Counted from the stretch's first letter, positions 10,715 through 18,908 are shown. The stretch: 64,000 nt of DNA from Lachnospiraceae bacterium (GCA_045598285.1 JAZLLU010000018.1:1832-65831), one strand, 5' to 3'. A program made the numbers and translations. The notes: generated by a model from the letters alone, not told the origin.

Positions 10715-11290
10715 ATGAGTGAAGAATTAAAAGAGTTAGAGCACGAGCATCATCACCACGATGACGAGTGTCATCATGAGCATCATCACGAGCATGATGA
10801 GCATTGCGATTGCGGATGTCATGACCACGACCATGAACATGAACATCATCATGACCACCATCACCATCACGACCACGGTGAAGATTGTGACTGCGGATGC
10901 CATGACCACGAGCATCACCATCATGACCACGGCCATCAATACAATGTAGCTGGCTACAAAGTTTTAGAAACTCATTCTCACGAAGGCGCAACAGTTTGCT
11001 CTTTTGAAATGGACTTAAATAAATGTCCAACTGAGACAAAGAAAAAGATGCAAGAAAACATAGAAGCTCTCGAAACATGGCTTAAAGAAAACGACGCCCT
11101 TATCGGCCACCTCAAAGGTTATGTAAAAGAGGCTGGTCCAACCACAACATTCTCAACAACCGGCAACGGCCTCGACGTTGAAAACCACGAGCAAGGCGGC
11201 TTAAGCGTTGGCTTTGCCAGCATCGTCTTCGGCCCGGGGGAAGAAGAACTCAAAGATAAAGTGGTTGAAATTTTCAATAACTTGAAGTAG
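10715..11290 (+). CDS. His/Cys-rich metal-binding protein with a CobW_C-like C-terminal domain (hypothetical)
   Basis: By my count, residues about 10-74 contain 33 His and 7 Cys, including a duplicated CDCGCHDH module. The roughly 115-aa C-terminal part (ATVCSFEMD ... ALIGHLKGYV ...) looks globular. Shine-Dalgarno AAGAGG. The gene follows the GTPase gene after a 76-nt gap. Confidence 0.6.
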   Translation: MSEELKELEHEHHHHDDECHHEHHHEHDEHCDCGCHDHDHEHEHHHDHHHHHDHGEDCDCGCHDHEHHHHDHGHQYNVAGYKVLETHSHEGATVCSFEMDLNKCPTETKKKMQENIEALETWLKENDALIGHLKGYVKEAGPTTTFSTTGNGLDVENHEQGGLSVGFASIVFGPGEEELKDKVVEIFNNLK

Positions 11291-11311
11291 TAAGTGATTT
11301 TAAAAAAACAG

Positions 11312-11338
11312 AACGGCAGGATTCCCTGCCGTTTTTTT
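11312..11338. terminator. Rho-independent terminator, possibly bidirectional, between the His-rich gene and the convergent XRE gene
   Basis: Stem CGGCAGG / CCTGCCG flanked by an A-run upstream and a T7 run downstream. Confidence 0.6.
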
Positions 11339-11384
11339 GTTGAAGAATTTATGGAAAAAGCTTTGCAAAATAATAAGATTTTAT

Positions 11385-11630
11385 TCATAAATCATTATCT
11401 ATTTCATAATCATTAAGTTCCGGAAAATCTAAAAATTCACTTAAAGTCATGTTGAAAGTTATCGCAATTTTATGAAGCGTATAAATTTTAGGATTTTGGC
11501 TTGCGCCATGAATAATATTGTCTATAGTAGACTGCTTTAATCCGCTTAAAGTCGCGAGCTTATTAATTGTAATCCCCTTTTTCTTGCATAAGTCTTTAAT
11601 TCTTAAAGAAATAATTTCTGAATAGAGCAT
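11385..11630 (-). CDS. XRE-family helix-turn-helix transcriptional regulator
   Basis: 81 aa with the classic HTH ITINKLATLSGLKQSTIDNI. It is divergent from the VTC/DUF4956/CotH operon. Confidence 0.8.
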   Translation of the reverse strand: MLYSEIISLRIKDLCKKKGITINKLATLSGLKQSTIDNIIHGASQNPKIYTLHKIAITFNMTLSEFLDFPELNDYEIDNDL

Positions 11631-11699
11631 AAAAACACCTTCACTATAATGATTACCCTTGTAAAGTTAACACTACAATAACATTAGACTAGAAGGAAA

Positions 11700-11765
11700 T
11701 TACCTATGCATAGTTGACATATATAAAAAAATAATTTAATGTGTATTTACCTATAAATAGGTAAA
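11700..11765 (+). promoter_or_regulatory. putative promoter plus two related palindromic operators for the VTC operon
   Basis: A near-palindrome TTACCTATGCATAGTT (11700-11715) overlaps a TTGACA -35 box (11714-11719), which is followed by 17 nt and TAATGT. A perfect 9+9 palindrome TTTACCTAT-AA-ATAGGTAAA lies at 11746-11765. The two sites share the half-site TTACCTAT. Confidence 0.4.
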
Positions 11766-11828
11766 ATTAGAAAAAGAAGTTCACAAATAAAAACAAATAA
11801 AAAACATATAAACAATTTGGTTTTAGCA

Positions 11829-12524
11829 ATGCGACAATATAGAAACGAATGGAAATATATTATTACTAATACATATCTTGCAAAAATAAAAGCAAGATTG
11901 GAGGCGATATTAGAAAATGATTTAAACGCTTCCCGGGATGGGCAATACGAAATCCATAGTTTGTATTTTGATGATGTTTATAATTCTTGCATGAGAGATA
12001 ATGACCAGGGTGTTCATAAGAGATTTAAGTATAGAATTCGATATTATAATGACAATACTGATTTTATAAAACTTGAACGCAAAGAAAAATGGTTAGAGAG
12101 ATGCTATAAAGAAAATTGCATAATTAGTATCGAACAATTTCAAAAAATTATAAACGGAGATATAAGCGAAGTATTATGGGAAACAGACGATAGATTATTA
12201 AAACAATTCTGTCTAGATTGTTTATCAAAAGGATTTAGACCTAAAACAATAGTTGATTATGAGAGAATTCCTTTTGTTGAACCCATATCTAATGTAAGAA
12301 TAACATTGGATATGAATATTTCATCTTCTAATGAATATGAAGAATTTTTAACAGGAAATTACATTAAGCTGCCCACACAAGAAAAGAATAAACATGTATT
12401 AGAAGTAAAGTTCGATTATATTTTACCAAGTCATATTAGGCATTTGATTACAGATAAAGAACTTATTAGGACAGCATTTTCAAAATATTATTTAGGTAGA
12501 AACGCATTACAGAAGAAAGGATAA
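11829..12524 (+). CDS. VTC-domain (polyphosphate polymerase-like, triphosphate-tunnel) protein
   Basis: Tunnel-fold signature strands YRNEWKY, SLYFDD, KYRIRYY and LERKEK. ATG 11829 is chosen over the upstream TTG at 11817. Neither has a clear Shine-Dalgarno. Confidence 0.78.
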   Translation: MRQYRNEWKYIITNTYLAKIKARLEAILENDLNASRDGQYEIHSLYFDDVYNSCMRDNDQGVHKRFKYRIRYYNDNTDFIKLERKEKWLERCYKENCIISIEQFQKIINGDISEVLWETDDRLLKQFCLDCLSKGFRPKTIVDYERIPFVEPISNVRITLDMNISSSNEYEEFLTGNYIKLPTQEKNKHVLEVKFDYILPSHIRHLITDKELIRTAFSKYYLGRNALQKKG

Positions 12525-12526
12525 AA

Positions 12527-13198
12527 ATGGAACAAATAATAAGTGTTTTTCAAAATTTATTTACTTCAGTTGAAGATTCGCAACTTTACACGACAGTTAT
12601 TGTAACAGTTTTGCTTGCAGTATTGATTCTTAGCGCATATGAGTTTGTTGTATATAGATTTGTATCTCATAGAGCTTTTTATAATAAGTCTTTTAATATA
12701 TGTATTGCAGTTATTCCGTTTTTCATATCGATGATTATTTTAACATTGCAATCTAATTTAGTTATCACGTTAGGAACAATTGGAGCACTTGCGATTATAA
12801 GGTTTAGAACTGCAGTGAAAGATCCTATAGATATGTTATATATTTTATGGGCTGTATTTATTGGCATAACATGTGGATGCCAATTATATGAGGTTGCAGT
12901 TATTACATCAGTATTAGTAACGATAATATTGATAGTATTTGAAAATGTTAATTTAGGAGGAAGTATACCAATTGTTCTTGTGTTTCATTGTTATGAACAA
13001 GATGAAAATCAAATACTTGATACAATAAAATCCTCGACAAAAAAATATAAAATCAAAAGTAGAAATTATACATCTAAAGGGATGGACTATGTGATTGAGT
13101 TATCAACAAAAAAACCAGCAGAACTTACGGAAAAACTCAGAAATACTCCAATAGAAAAATTCTCAATAATTGAATATGATTGTGATGATATTGTTTAG
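12527..13198 (+). CDS. DUF4956-domain membrane protein
   Basis: Four to five TM segments and the motif LAIIRFRTAVKDPIDM that I associate with DUF4956. The start is 2 nt after the VTC gene stop. Confidence 0.72.
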   Translation: MEQIISVFQNLFTSVEDSQLYTTVIVTVLLAVLILSAYEFVVYRFVSHRAFYNKSFNICIAVIPFFISMIILTLQSNLVITLGTIGALAIIRFRTAVKDPIDMLYILWAVFIGITCGCQLYEVAVITSVLVTIILIVFENVNLGGSIPIVLVFHCYEQDENQILDTIKSSTKKYKIKSRNYTSKGMDYVIELSTKKPAELTEKLRNTPIEKFSIIEYDCDDIV

Positions 13199-13209
13199 GG
13201 GATAATATC

Positions 13210-15132
13210 ATGCGTAAAAAAGGCGGCATAATTATTTTAATATTTTCTGTATTAGTATTAATATGCCTTCTTTTTGTGCATCCAAGAATAATAAAACAAA
13301 ATAAAACACTTAATGAGTGCATTGTTGATTTAAAAGAATACGAAAATATAAAAAGTGGTAGAAAAGAAACAAAAAAATATAATCCAATTATAGAATTTGA
13401 CGAACAATCGTTGCTTAGAGATTCAGATGCAAATACTTATTATTATTCGTTGGTTGAAGAAAGCAGTTCCGCTAAAAATCCTAGAATAAATATTGAGACG
13501 ACAACATGGAAAAAATTAAAAATTGCCTTCTGCAATAATAAAATCACTAATAATTTAATAGAAAGTAATACACATATTAGGTTTATTGTTTATTCTGAAA
13601 AGTATTATCAAGAATTTTATTTGGCATGCACAACGTTGCCGATAATGAGTATTAATTGTAAAGACGATATTGGAGATTCCGATACACAAATGAAGATGTC
13701 TTTATTTGATAATCGAGAAGGAAGCATAAAAAGAGTCACAAAATCAGATGGAAGAATTAGAGTCAGAGGAGCATCAACAAGAAGTTATCAAAAAAAATCT
13801 TTCAGGATTAATATAGAAATACAATCATTGGGAAATAATACAAGAAAAAACAGCGTATCGCTTTTGGGATTGAAAAATAATTGCGATTGGATATTGTATG
13901 CGGGATATAACGACCAAGAAAAAGTTAGAAATGTTTTTTCTCAAAATTTATGGAAATATAGTTGCGCTAAAGATAACGAATTAAATATAGACGCAGGAAT
14001 CGAATATAAATTTTTAGAACTTTTTATTGATGGTAAATACTGGGGTATTTATGCATTGGGATATCCGCTAAATGAAATGCAACTTAATATGAACGGAAAC
14101 ATTGAAAAAGAGGCTCTTTATAAGAAAATATCATGGGCAAACGAAAATATTGTTAGTAATGACAATATTTTGAATGGAAATAATTATGAAATACAGCATA
14201 AAGAGAACGACAAAAAGTGGGAGTTACTTATAGAATTTTATAATTACTTAAACAAAATTAAACATAATACAGAACAATTAAAAACAGTAAATTTGAATAA
14301 TGCAATAAATACATATTTGTTTTTTGATTTAATTCAAGGCCGTGATAATGTAAGTGGGGCCAATACTAAAAATTTATTTTTAGCTATTTTTAAAAAAGAT
14401 GATGCACTCAGTACAATATATATTCCTTGGGACATGGATATATCATGGGGAAATATCTGGAGCGAGAGCGAAAAAAACCATACAATTCCATATGCTGAAA
14501 CAGAAAATTATAATCGAATAATGGAAAGCGGAATTCTTAATCAATTAATAGTTAACGGTGATATTGAAACAAAGAAACTAATAATACAAAAATACTGGGA
14601 ATTAAGAAATGACGAATGGTCTGAAGAAAAAATTGATGAACTTATAACTGAGTACGAAACTGATATATATGGTTCAGGCGCTTATTTAAGAGAAATGATT
14701 AAATGGCCAGATGGAACATACCAAAATCCAAACTTAAAACTTTCTGTATTTAGACAATATGTTCATAATAGGCTAAATGAAATGGATTTATATATTGAAA
14801 GACTTCACAATAATATTGATAAATCAATTTATATTTGGAGAGCGCAACAATATAAAGATTTTTTAAATTCAGATTTTAATATAAAAATATATGATAAAAC
14901 AGTCCTGGAAGATCAAAATTATGTAGATTTATTTGAATATATCGGAATTGATATGACAAAAATAGATGATAACGTGAACATTATAGAAGGTAATAAAAAA
15001 GATGGATATAAATACTCATTTGGGATATTAGATGAAGCAAATGATGAACTAAAAATTAAAATGGTTTTTTCTAACAACGGAAAAGAGCAACAATTTGGTT
15101 TCGAAAAAGATTTTACAATTACAATAAATTAA
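13210..15132 (+). CDS. CotH-kinase-family protein with an N-terminal membrane anchor
   Basis: Hydrophobic N-terminus GGIIILIFSVLVLICLLFV. CotH-like blocks WILYAGYNDQEKVRN, ELFIDGKYWGIYALG and PWDMDISWG. It is the third gene of the recurrent VTC/DUF4956/CotH trio. Confidence 0.72.
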   Translation: MRKKGGIIILIFSVLVLICLLFVHPRIIKQNKTLNECIVDLKEYENIKSGRKETKKYNPIIEFDEQSLLRDSDANTYYYSLVEESSSAKNPRINIETTTWKKLKIAFCNNKITNNLIESNTHIRFIVYSEKYYQEFYLACTTLPIMSINCKDDIGDSDTQMKMSLFDNREGSIKRVTKSDGRIRVRGASTRSYQKKSFRINIEIQSLGNNTRKNSVSLLGLKNNCDWILYAGYNDQEKVRNVFSQNLWKYSCAKDNELNIDAGIEYKFLELFIDGKYWGIYALGYPLNEMQLNMNGNIEKEALYKKISWANENIVSNDNILNGNNYEIQHKENDKKWELLIEFYNYLNKIKHNTEQLKTVNLNNAINTYLFFDLIQGRDNVSGANTKNLFLAIFKKDDALSTIYIPWDMDISWGNIWSESEKNHTIPYAETENYNRIMESGILNQLIVNGDIETKKLIIQKYWELRNDEWSEEKIDELITEYETDIYGSGAYLREMIKWPDGTYQNPNLKLSVFRQYVHNRLNEMDLYIERLHNNIDKSIYIWRAQQYKDFLNSDFNIKIYDKTVLEDQNYVDLFEYIGIDMTKIDDNVNIIEGNKKDGYKYSFGILDEANDELKIKMVFSNNGKEQQFGFEKDFTITIN

Positions 15133-15168
15133 TCCACATACAAAATACCAAAAAAGCTTTTAATAAAA

Positions 15169-15441
15169 CTAAAACAAATCCGAATGCGTTCCGGTTCTAA
15201 ATAAGAATAACAATAAGTCATCTTCATTAACACGATAAACAAGAAGCCAATCAGGCTGAATATGACATTCCCTAAAATCAGAGTATTTACCCGACAAGGC
15301 GTGGTCTTTATATTTTTCAGGCAAGGCCTTTCTATTTGCTATCATGTCAACGACCTTTTTTAGCAAATTAATATTAAACCCACGCTTCTTAGCGAGCTTT
15401 ATATCCTTTTTCATTTGATTTGATAATACAATATTGAGCAT
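15169..15441 (-). CDS. yafQ: type II toxin, YafQ/RelE family mRNA interferase
   Basis: 90 aa, HALSGKYSDFRECHIQPDWLLVY. The start overlaps the stop of the upstream antitoxin gene by 1 nt. Confidence 0.85.
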   Translation of the reverse strand: MLNIVLSNQMKKDIKLAKKRGFNINLLKKVVDMIANRKALPEKYKDHALSGKYSDFRECHIQPDWLLVYRVNEDDLLLFLFRTGTHSDLF

Positions 15442-15713
15442 TAAAATATCTCCTCTAAAGCCTCATCGAAAGAAGAATATCTTTTATATTTTGAAGGATT
15501 TCCTTTCATATCTTCGTATTCATTTAAGGCACTGATAGTAGTAGAATTTGGAACTTCCATAGAAATAGTAAAAGGAATTCTTTGTTCTCTTACTGCTTGT
15601 TTTATGAATATAGTAACAGCAGTTGTTAAATCCATTCCAAGATTAGAAAATAATAATTGTCCAGCTTTCTTTAAATCTGGATCCAATGTGATATTTGTAC
15701 TTACTTTAGCCAT
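15441..15713 (-). CDS. dinJ: type II antitoxin, RelB/DinJ family
   Basis: From ATG 15713: MAKVSTNITLDPDLKKAGQLLFSNLGMDLTTAVTIFIKQAVREQRIPF, a ribbon-helix-helix DinJ pattern. The longer ORF-track start at 15776 is rejected. Confidence 0.82.
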   Translation of the reverse strand: MAKVSTNITLDPDLKKAGQLLFSNLGMDLTTAVTIFIKQAVREQRIPFTISMEVPNSTTISALNEYEDMKGNPSKYKRYSSFDEALEEIF

Positions 15714-15885
15714 TTTTATACCCTCCGTTTCGTAGACACATATAAATATAACATAATACATGCGTAATATCAACATAAAAGGTATATAATACGCACGTTA
15801 TCAATTTGTTTAAACTAGTTCAACTAGTCTCCATATCAGATTGTTTTTGTGATATACTAAAAATAATCTTGAAGGGAGAATGCCA

Positions 15886-16632
15886 ATGACAGATTATGAA
15901 AAAGCGGTTGCGCTTTGGCAACGAAAAAAAATCAAGACTGATGCGGAATTAGCTGAAGCCCTTAATGGACACAGCATAGCGTTTGCGTACAACTCAGGTA
16001 AAATAGAAAATGAGCATGTAACCTACAATGATACAAGAGAAATTTTTGAGCATGATGGTGTTACATCTTATACTGGTGATTTACGCACATTATTTGAAAT
16101 ACGCAATTCAAAAGAAGCGAACGAGTTTTTGCTTACGTCTTTTAATGATAAAAAGTCTCTAGATGAAGAACTGATAAAAGAATTTCATAAACTACTTACT
16201 CAAAAAACTTATGACTCAAGGCGTTGGCAACTTGGGGAACGTCCTGGAGAATATAAGCTTCATGACTATGTAACTGGAAAGAATGAAATTGGAGCAGCAC
16301 CCGGGGAGGTTTCTAATGAAATGAGAGAACTTTTATCAGAACTTTTAGAAATATCAGATGATAAAGCTTTAACTGCTGCTGCGTATTATCATGTTAAGTT
16401 TGAAAATATTCACCCTTTTGCGGATGGAAATGGAAGAGTGGGGCGGCTAACAATGAATTATTTTTTAATCATGCATAACCACCCACCAATTATTATTCAT
16501 GAAGAAGATAAAAAGGCATATTATGCAGCGTTAGAAGCATGGGATGAACAGCAAGAACTAAATCCTATGGAAGACTTCCTTAAAGAACAAACAGTAAAGA
16601 CATGGAAAAAACAAATTGATCGTGAAGATTAA
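15886..16632 (+). CDS. Fic-family protein (class II, with an intramolecular inhibitory motif)
   Basis: Fic active-site motif HPFADGNGRVGR. An N-terminal SGKIEN matches the (S/T)xxxE(G/N) inhibitory helix motif. ATG 15886 has better spacing from GGGAGA than ATG 15880. Confidence 0.88.
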   Translation: MTDYEKAVALWQRKKIKTDAELAEALNGHSIAFAYNSGKIENEHVTYNDTREIFEHDGVTSYTGDLRTLFEIRNSKEANEFLLTSFNDKKSLDEELIKEFHKLLTQKTYDSRRWQLGERPGEYKLHDYVTGKNEIGAAPGEVSNEMRELLSELLEISDDKALTAAAYYHVKFENIHPFADGNGRVGRLTMNYFLIMHNHPPIIIHEEDKKAYYAALEAWDEQQELNPMEDFLKEQTVKTWKKQIDRED

Positions 16633-16642
16633 GCGCTTTTCT

Positions 16643-17536
16643 TTACAACGAATACTTCACGTTGTTCTTCTTAATAAAGTCAAAAACTTTCTTTGCCGCG
16701 GTGTTTGGATTTGATTTGTTGGCTGCACACATAGTTCGGAAATTAAATTTATATTCGTCAGGAAGATCGTAGTAAACAAATGTGCTACTCTCCATATCAT
16801 TAAATGCGCGTGGGAAGACAGCAAATTCCTTGCCGCTTTCTAGCCCCATCATCAGTGTGTCGAAGTTCGGCGTCATATTTCGTTTCTTAGTTTTTACTTT
16901 TTGATAGAAGCTGTTGAACTCGTATGGACCATGCTTCACCATCAAAAGCATATCAGCTTCGGCCATATCATCTGCGCTGATTTTTTTCTTTCCTTCTTTC
17001 ACCCATTTGTGTTTTTGAGAAACTACTATCTGTGCGGGCATCGTCGCAAAATTTATTCTTTCACATCCGAGCCAGTCCTCGAAGTCATGTGCATTTGTAA
17101 GCACTATATCGATAAGCCCATTTTTCAAATCATCTCTAAGTCCATCCATGTTGTTGGTTGTGATTTCAAAATCAATGTCAGGAAACTCAGAAATTAAATC
17201 GTTTATTATCGGGTTGAGCAAATTCACTTTAGGTAGAGCAGCGAAGAATCCAATCTTTACTTTGTTCTTTTTGTTTTCAATTGCGTTTAAGACTCGCATA
17301 ATTGTGTTGTCATAGTTTGCCTTTAGGTTTGCAAACTGTGCTTTACACATCTGGCCATCATCGGTTAGCGAAACGCTTCTTGTTGTACGATTAAAAAGCT
17401 TAGTTCCTAATTCGTCTTCTAAAATATTTATTTGTTTAGTAAGTGCTTGCGAAGAAATGCAAAGTTCCTTTGCAGCCTTTGAGTAATTTAATTTATCTGC
17501 AAGTACTAAAAAATATTCGATTCTCCTAAACTCCAT
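16643..17536 (-). CDS. LysR-family transcriptional regulator
   Basis: N-terminal HTH YSKAAKELCISSQALTKQINILEDELGTKLFNR, a roughly 200-aa substrate-binding domain, and an AAGGAGA Shine-Dalgarno. Confidence 0.9.
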   Translation of the reverse strand: MEFRRIEYFLVLADKLNYSKAAKELCISSQALTKQINILEDELGTKLFNRTTRSVSLTDDGQMCKAQFANLKANYDNTIMRVLNAIENKKNKVKIGFFAALPKVNLLNPIINDLISEFPDIDFEITTNNMDGLRDDLKNGLIDIVLTNAHDFEDWLGCERINFATMPAQIVVSQKHKWVKEGKKKISADDMAEADMLLMVKHGPYEFNSFYQKVKTKKRNMTPNFDTLMMGLESGKEFAVFPRAFNDMESSTFVYYDLPDEYKFNFRTMCAANKSNPNTAAKKVFDFIKKNNVKYSL

Positions 17537-17561
17537 ATTTTTTCTCCTTGGTTTGCTCTAT

Positions 17562-17676
17562 GTTCCGCGCTCCCGCAGGACATCTCCCATACTTCGCAGG
17601 TGCCCCCCCGAAAAGGGTCCCCCCTGCTCGTATGGTGCCCTCCTGCTCGCGCTCGGAGTTCATTGCCTTACGGAAC
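17562..17676 (+). repeat. GC-rich imperfect-palindrome interspersed element, copy 1
   Basis: It shares a roughly 95-nt core with 45184-45281 (reverse complement) and 46985-47079. Nested arms are GCAGGA..CCATAC..GCAGG // CCTGC..GTATGG..TCCTGC, with termini GTTCCG ... CGGAAC. It lies in the lysR / URO-D-like divergent region, 25 nt from the lysR ATG. Confidence 0.85.
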
Positions 17677-17794
17677 ATGAACACACACTTTTTTATAATT
17701 ATAAACTTCAGGTTACTAATTGGCAAATTTTATTGAATTCTTGTCAGGGCGGAATTTGATTATAATTAAGTCATAGAATATAAGGAGGGGTATT

Positions 17795-18811
17795 ATGCAA
17801 ACTAATAAAGAAGCGATGCTTGCGCTTATGCGTGGCGAAAAATACGATTTCATTCCCGAGTATTATTCGGTAGTGAAGAGCCTTGTCTTTCCTGGAGAGA
17901 GATGGATTGATATGGAGAACTTCGACCCTTATGGAACAGGCCCGGATGCATGGGGTGTACTTTGGACGAATAGAGGACCGAACCCAATGGTCGATGGCAA
18001 CATGGTTGCAAAAGATTTTAGAATGTTCACAGAGATGAGCGATTGGAAAGAGAAAGTTCATTTTCCACCAATCGACTTTATGCCAGTTGGCGACATCCTT
18101 AACGGCATGAAGATGGGCATGGGTTACAACGAGGACGAAAACGTGCTTAGCGTACTTATGCTTTCTGGTGCGTTTGAGAGAATGAACGAGATGATTGGTA
18201 TGGAAAATGCGCTTACTGCATTTTATGAGTATCCAGACGAGGTTCATGAGTTCTTCGATAAGATGTGTGAGTACAAACTTCACTGCATTGACCTTGCTTA
18301 CGAGGCTGTGCACCCTGAAGTAATTTATATGCATGATGACTGGGGCCAAAACTCTAACATGTTTTTCTCACCTGAAATCTGGAGAGAGTTCATTAAACCA
18401 CTCGAAATTAAATACACTAACCATATTCACGAGCTCGGCATGATTTACCATCACCACTCATGTGGCTATATTATGCAAATCATTCCTGATCTTGTTGAAA
18501 TCGGTGTTGATGTTATTGACCCTATGATGGTTGAAAATGATGTCCTTGGTGTAATTAAAGAGTACGGGGATAAGATTACTTTCGCTGGTGGAATCAATAA
18601 TAGAATTATTGACGATCCTGACAACACTTCTGAAGACAGACTCGCAGAAGTTCAAAGGGCTTTCGCCGAGTATGCGCCTTTAGGTAAGAGATGGTTCCCG
18701 TACTATATTCCAGCTGTAACTCCTCGTTTCGAAGAGTACATAGGAAACGTTTGGAAAACTTCTGGCACCGGCCAAGAAACTGGTGACTGGAACCTTTGGA
18801 AAAATTTGTAG
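17795..18811 (+). CDS. uroporphyrinogen decarboxylase (URO-D) family protein, methyltransferase-like
   Basis: 338 aa with an AAGGAGGGG Shine-Dalgarno. The overall pattern (N-terminal EAMLALMRGEKYDFIP, C-terminal GG.NN block, IYMHDDWG) resembles URO-D/MtaA-type proteins. No corrinoid-protein partner lies nearby. Confidence 0.7.
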   Translation: MQTNKEAMLALMRGEKYDFIPEYYSVVKSLVFPGERWIDMENFDPYGTGPDAWGVLWTNRGPNPMVDGNMVAKDFRMFTEMSDWKEKVHFPPIDFMPVGDILNGMKMGMGYNEDENVLSVLMLSGAFERMNEMIGMENALTAFYEYPDEVHEFFDKMCEYKLHCIDLAYEAVHPEVIYMHDDWGQNSNMFFSPEIWREFIKPLEIKYTNHIHELGMIYHHHSCGYIMQIIPDLVEIGVDVIDPMMVENDVLGVIKEYGDKITFAGGINNRIIDDPDNTSEDRLAEVQRAFAEYAPLGKRWFPYYIPAVTPRFEEYIGNVWKTSGTGQETGDWNLWKNL

Positions 18812-18873
18812 AGTAGAGAATTTATAATAGAACTATAAGGCTAGAAGATTTGCTTCTTGCGATTTATAACAAG

Positions 18874-18908
18874 ACTGGGCTGTTGCTTTTGTAATGGCCC
18901 AGTTTTTT
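18874..18908 (+). terminator. Rho-independent terminator after the URO-D-like gene
   Basis: 7-bp stem ACTGGGC / GCCCAGT with a 16-nt loop, running into a T6 tract. Confidence 0.55.

Noticed and set aside
10668-11078. Overlapping ORFs on both strands across the His-rich region (10668-11078 minus, 10736-10939 minus, 10761-10949 plus).
   Set aside because: These are artefacts of the CAT/CAC/GAC-rich low-complexity DNA. Only the 10715-11290 frame has a Shine-Dalgarno, a proper start and a non-repetitive C-terminal domain.
17581-17640. G-quadruplex potential of the G-rich strand of the GC-rich element (GGGGGG ... GGGGGGG ... GGAGGG).
   Set aside because: There are only about three usable G3 runs within short loop distance, the fourth is about 16 nt or more away, and copy 2 has lost the long runs. 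A hairpin model fits all three copies better.
17548-17759. Small ORFs reading through the GC-rich element (17548-17736, 17553-17759, 17526-17726; also 45020-45322 and 46975-47241). One frame gives a conserved peptide HLPYFAG..PKRVPPAR.VPS.
   Set aside because: There is no consistent start codon or Shine-Dalgarno across copies. In copy 3 the frame is preceded directly by a stop, and in copy 2 it is antisense to cca and the mutase gene. The element's palindromic architecture explains the conservation. The idea is kept only as a minor alternative to test.
17771-18349. Long antisense ORFs inside confidently assigned genes. Examples: 792-1262, 17771-18349, 24284-24685, 30069-30716, 32974-33498, 41438-41779, 53752-54180, 62672-63055.
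   Set aside because: Each lies fully within, and opposite to, a gene with strong family motifs. They have odd composition (Ser/Leu/Ile/Phe-rich), no Shine-Dalgarno and no recognisable motifs.
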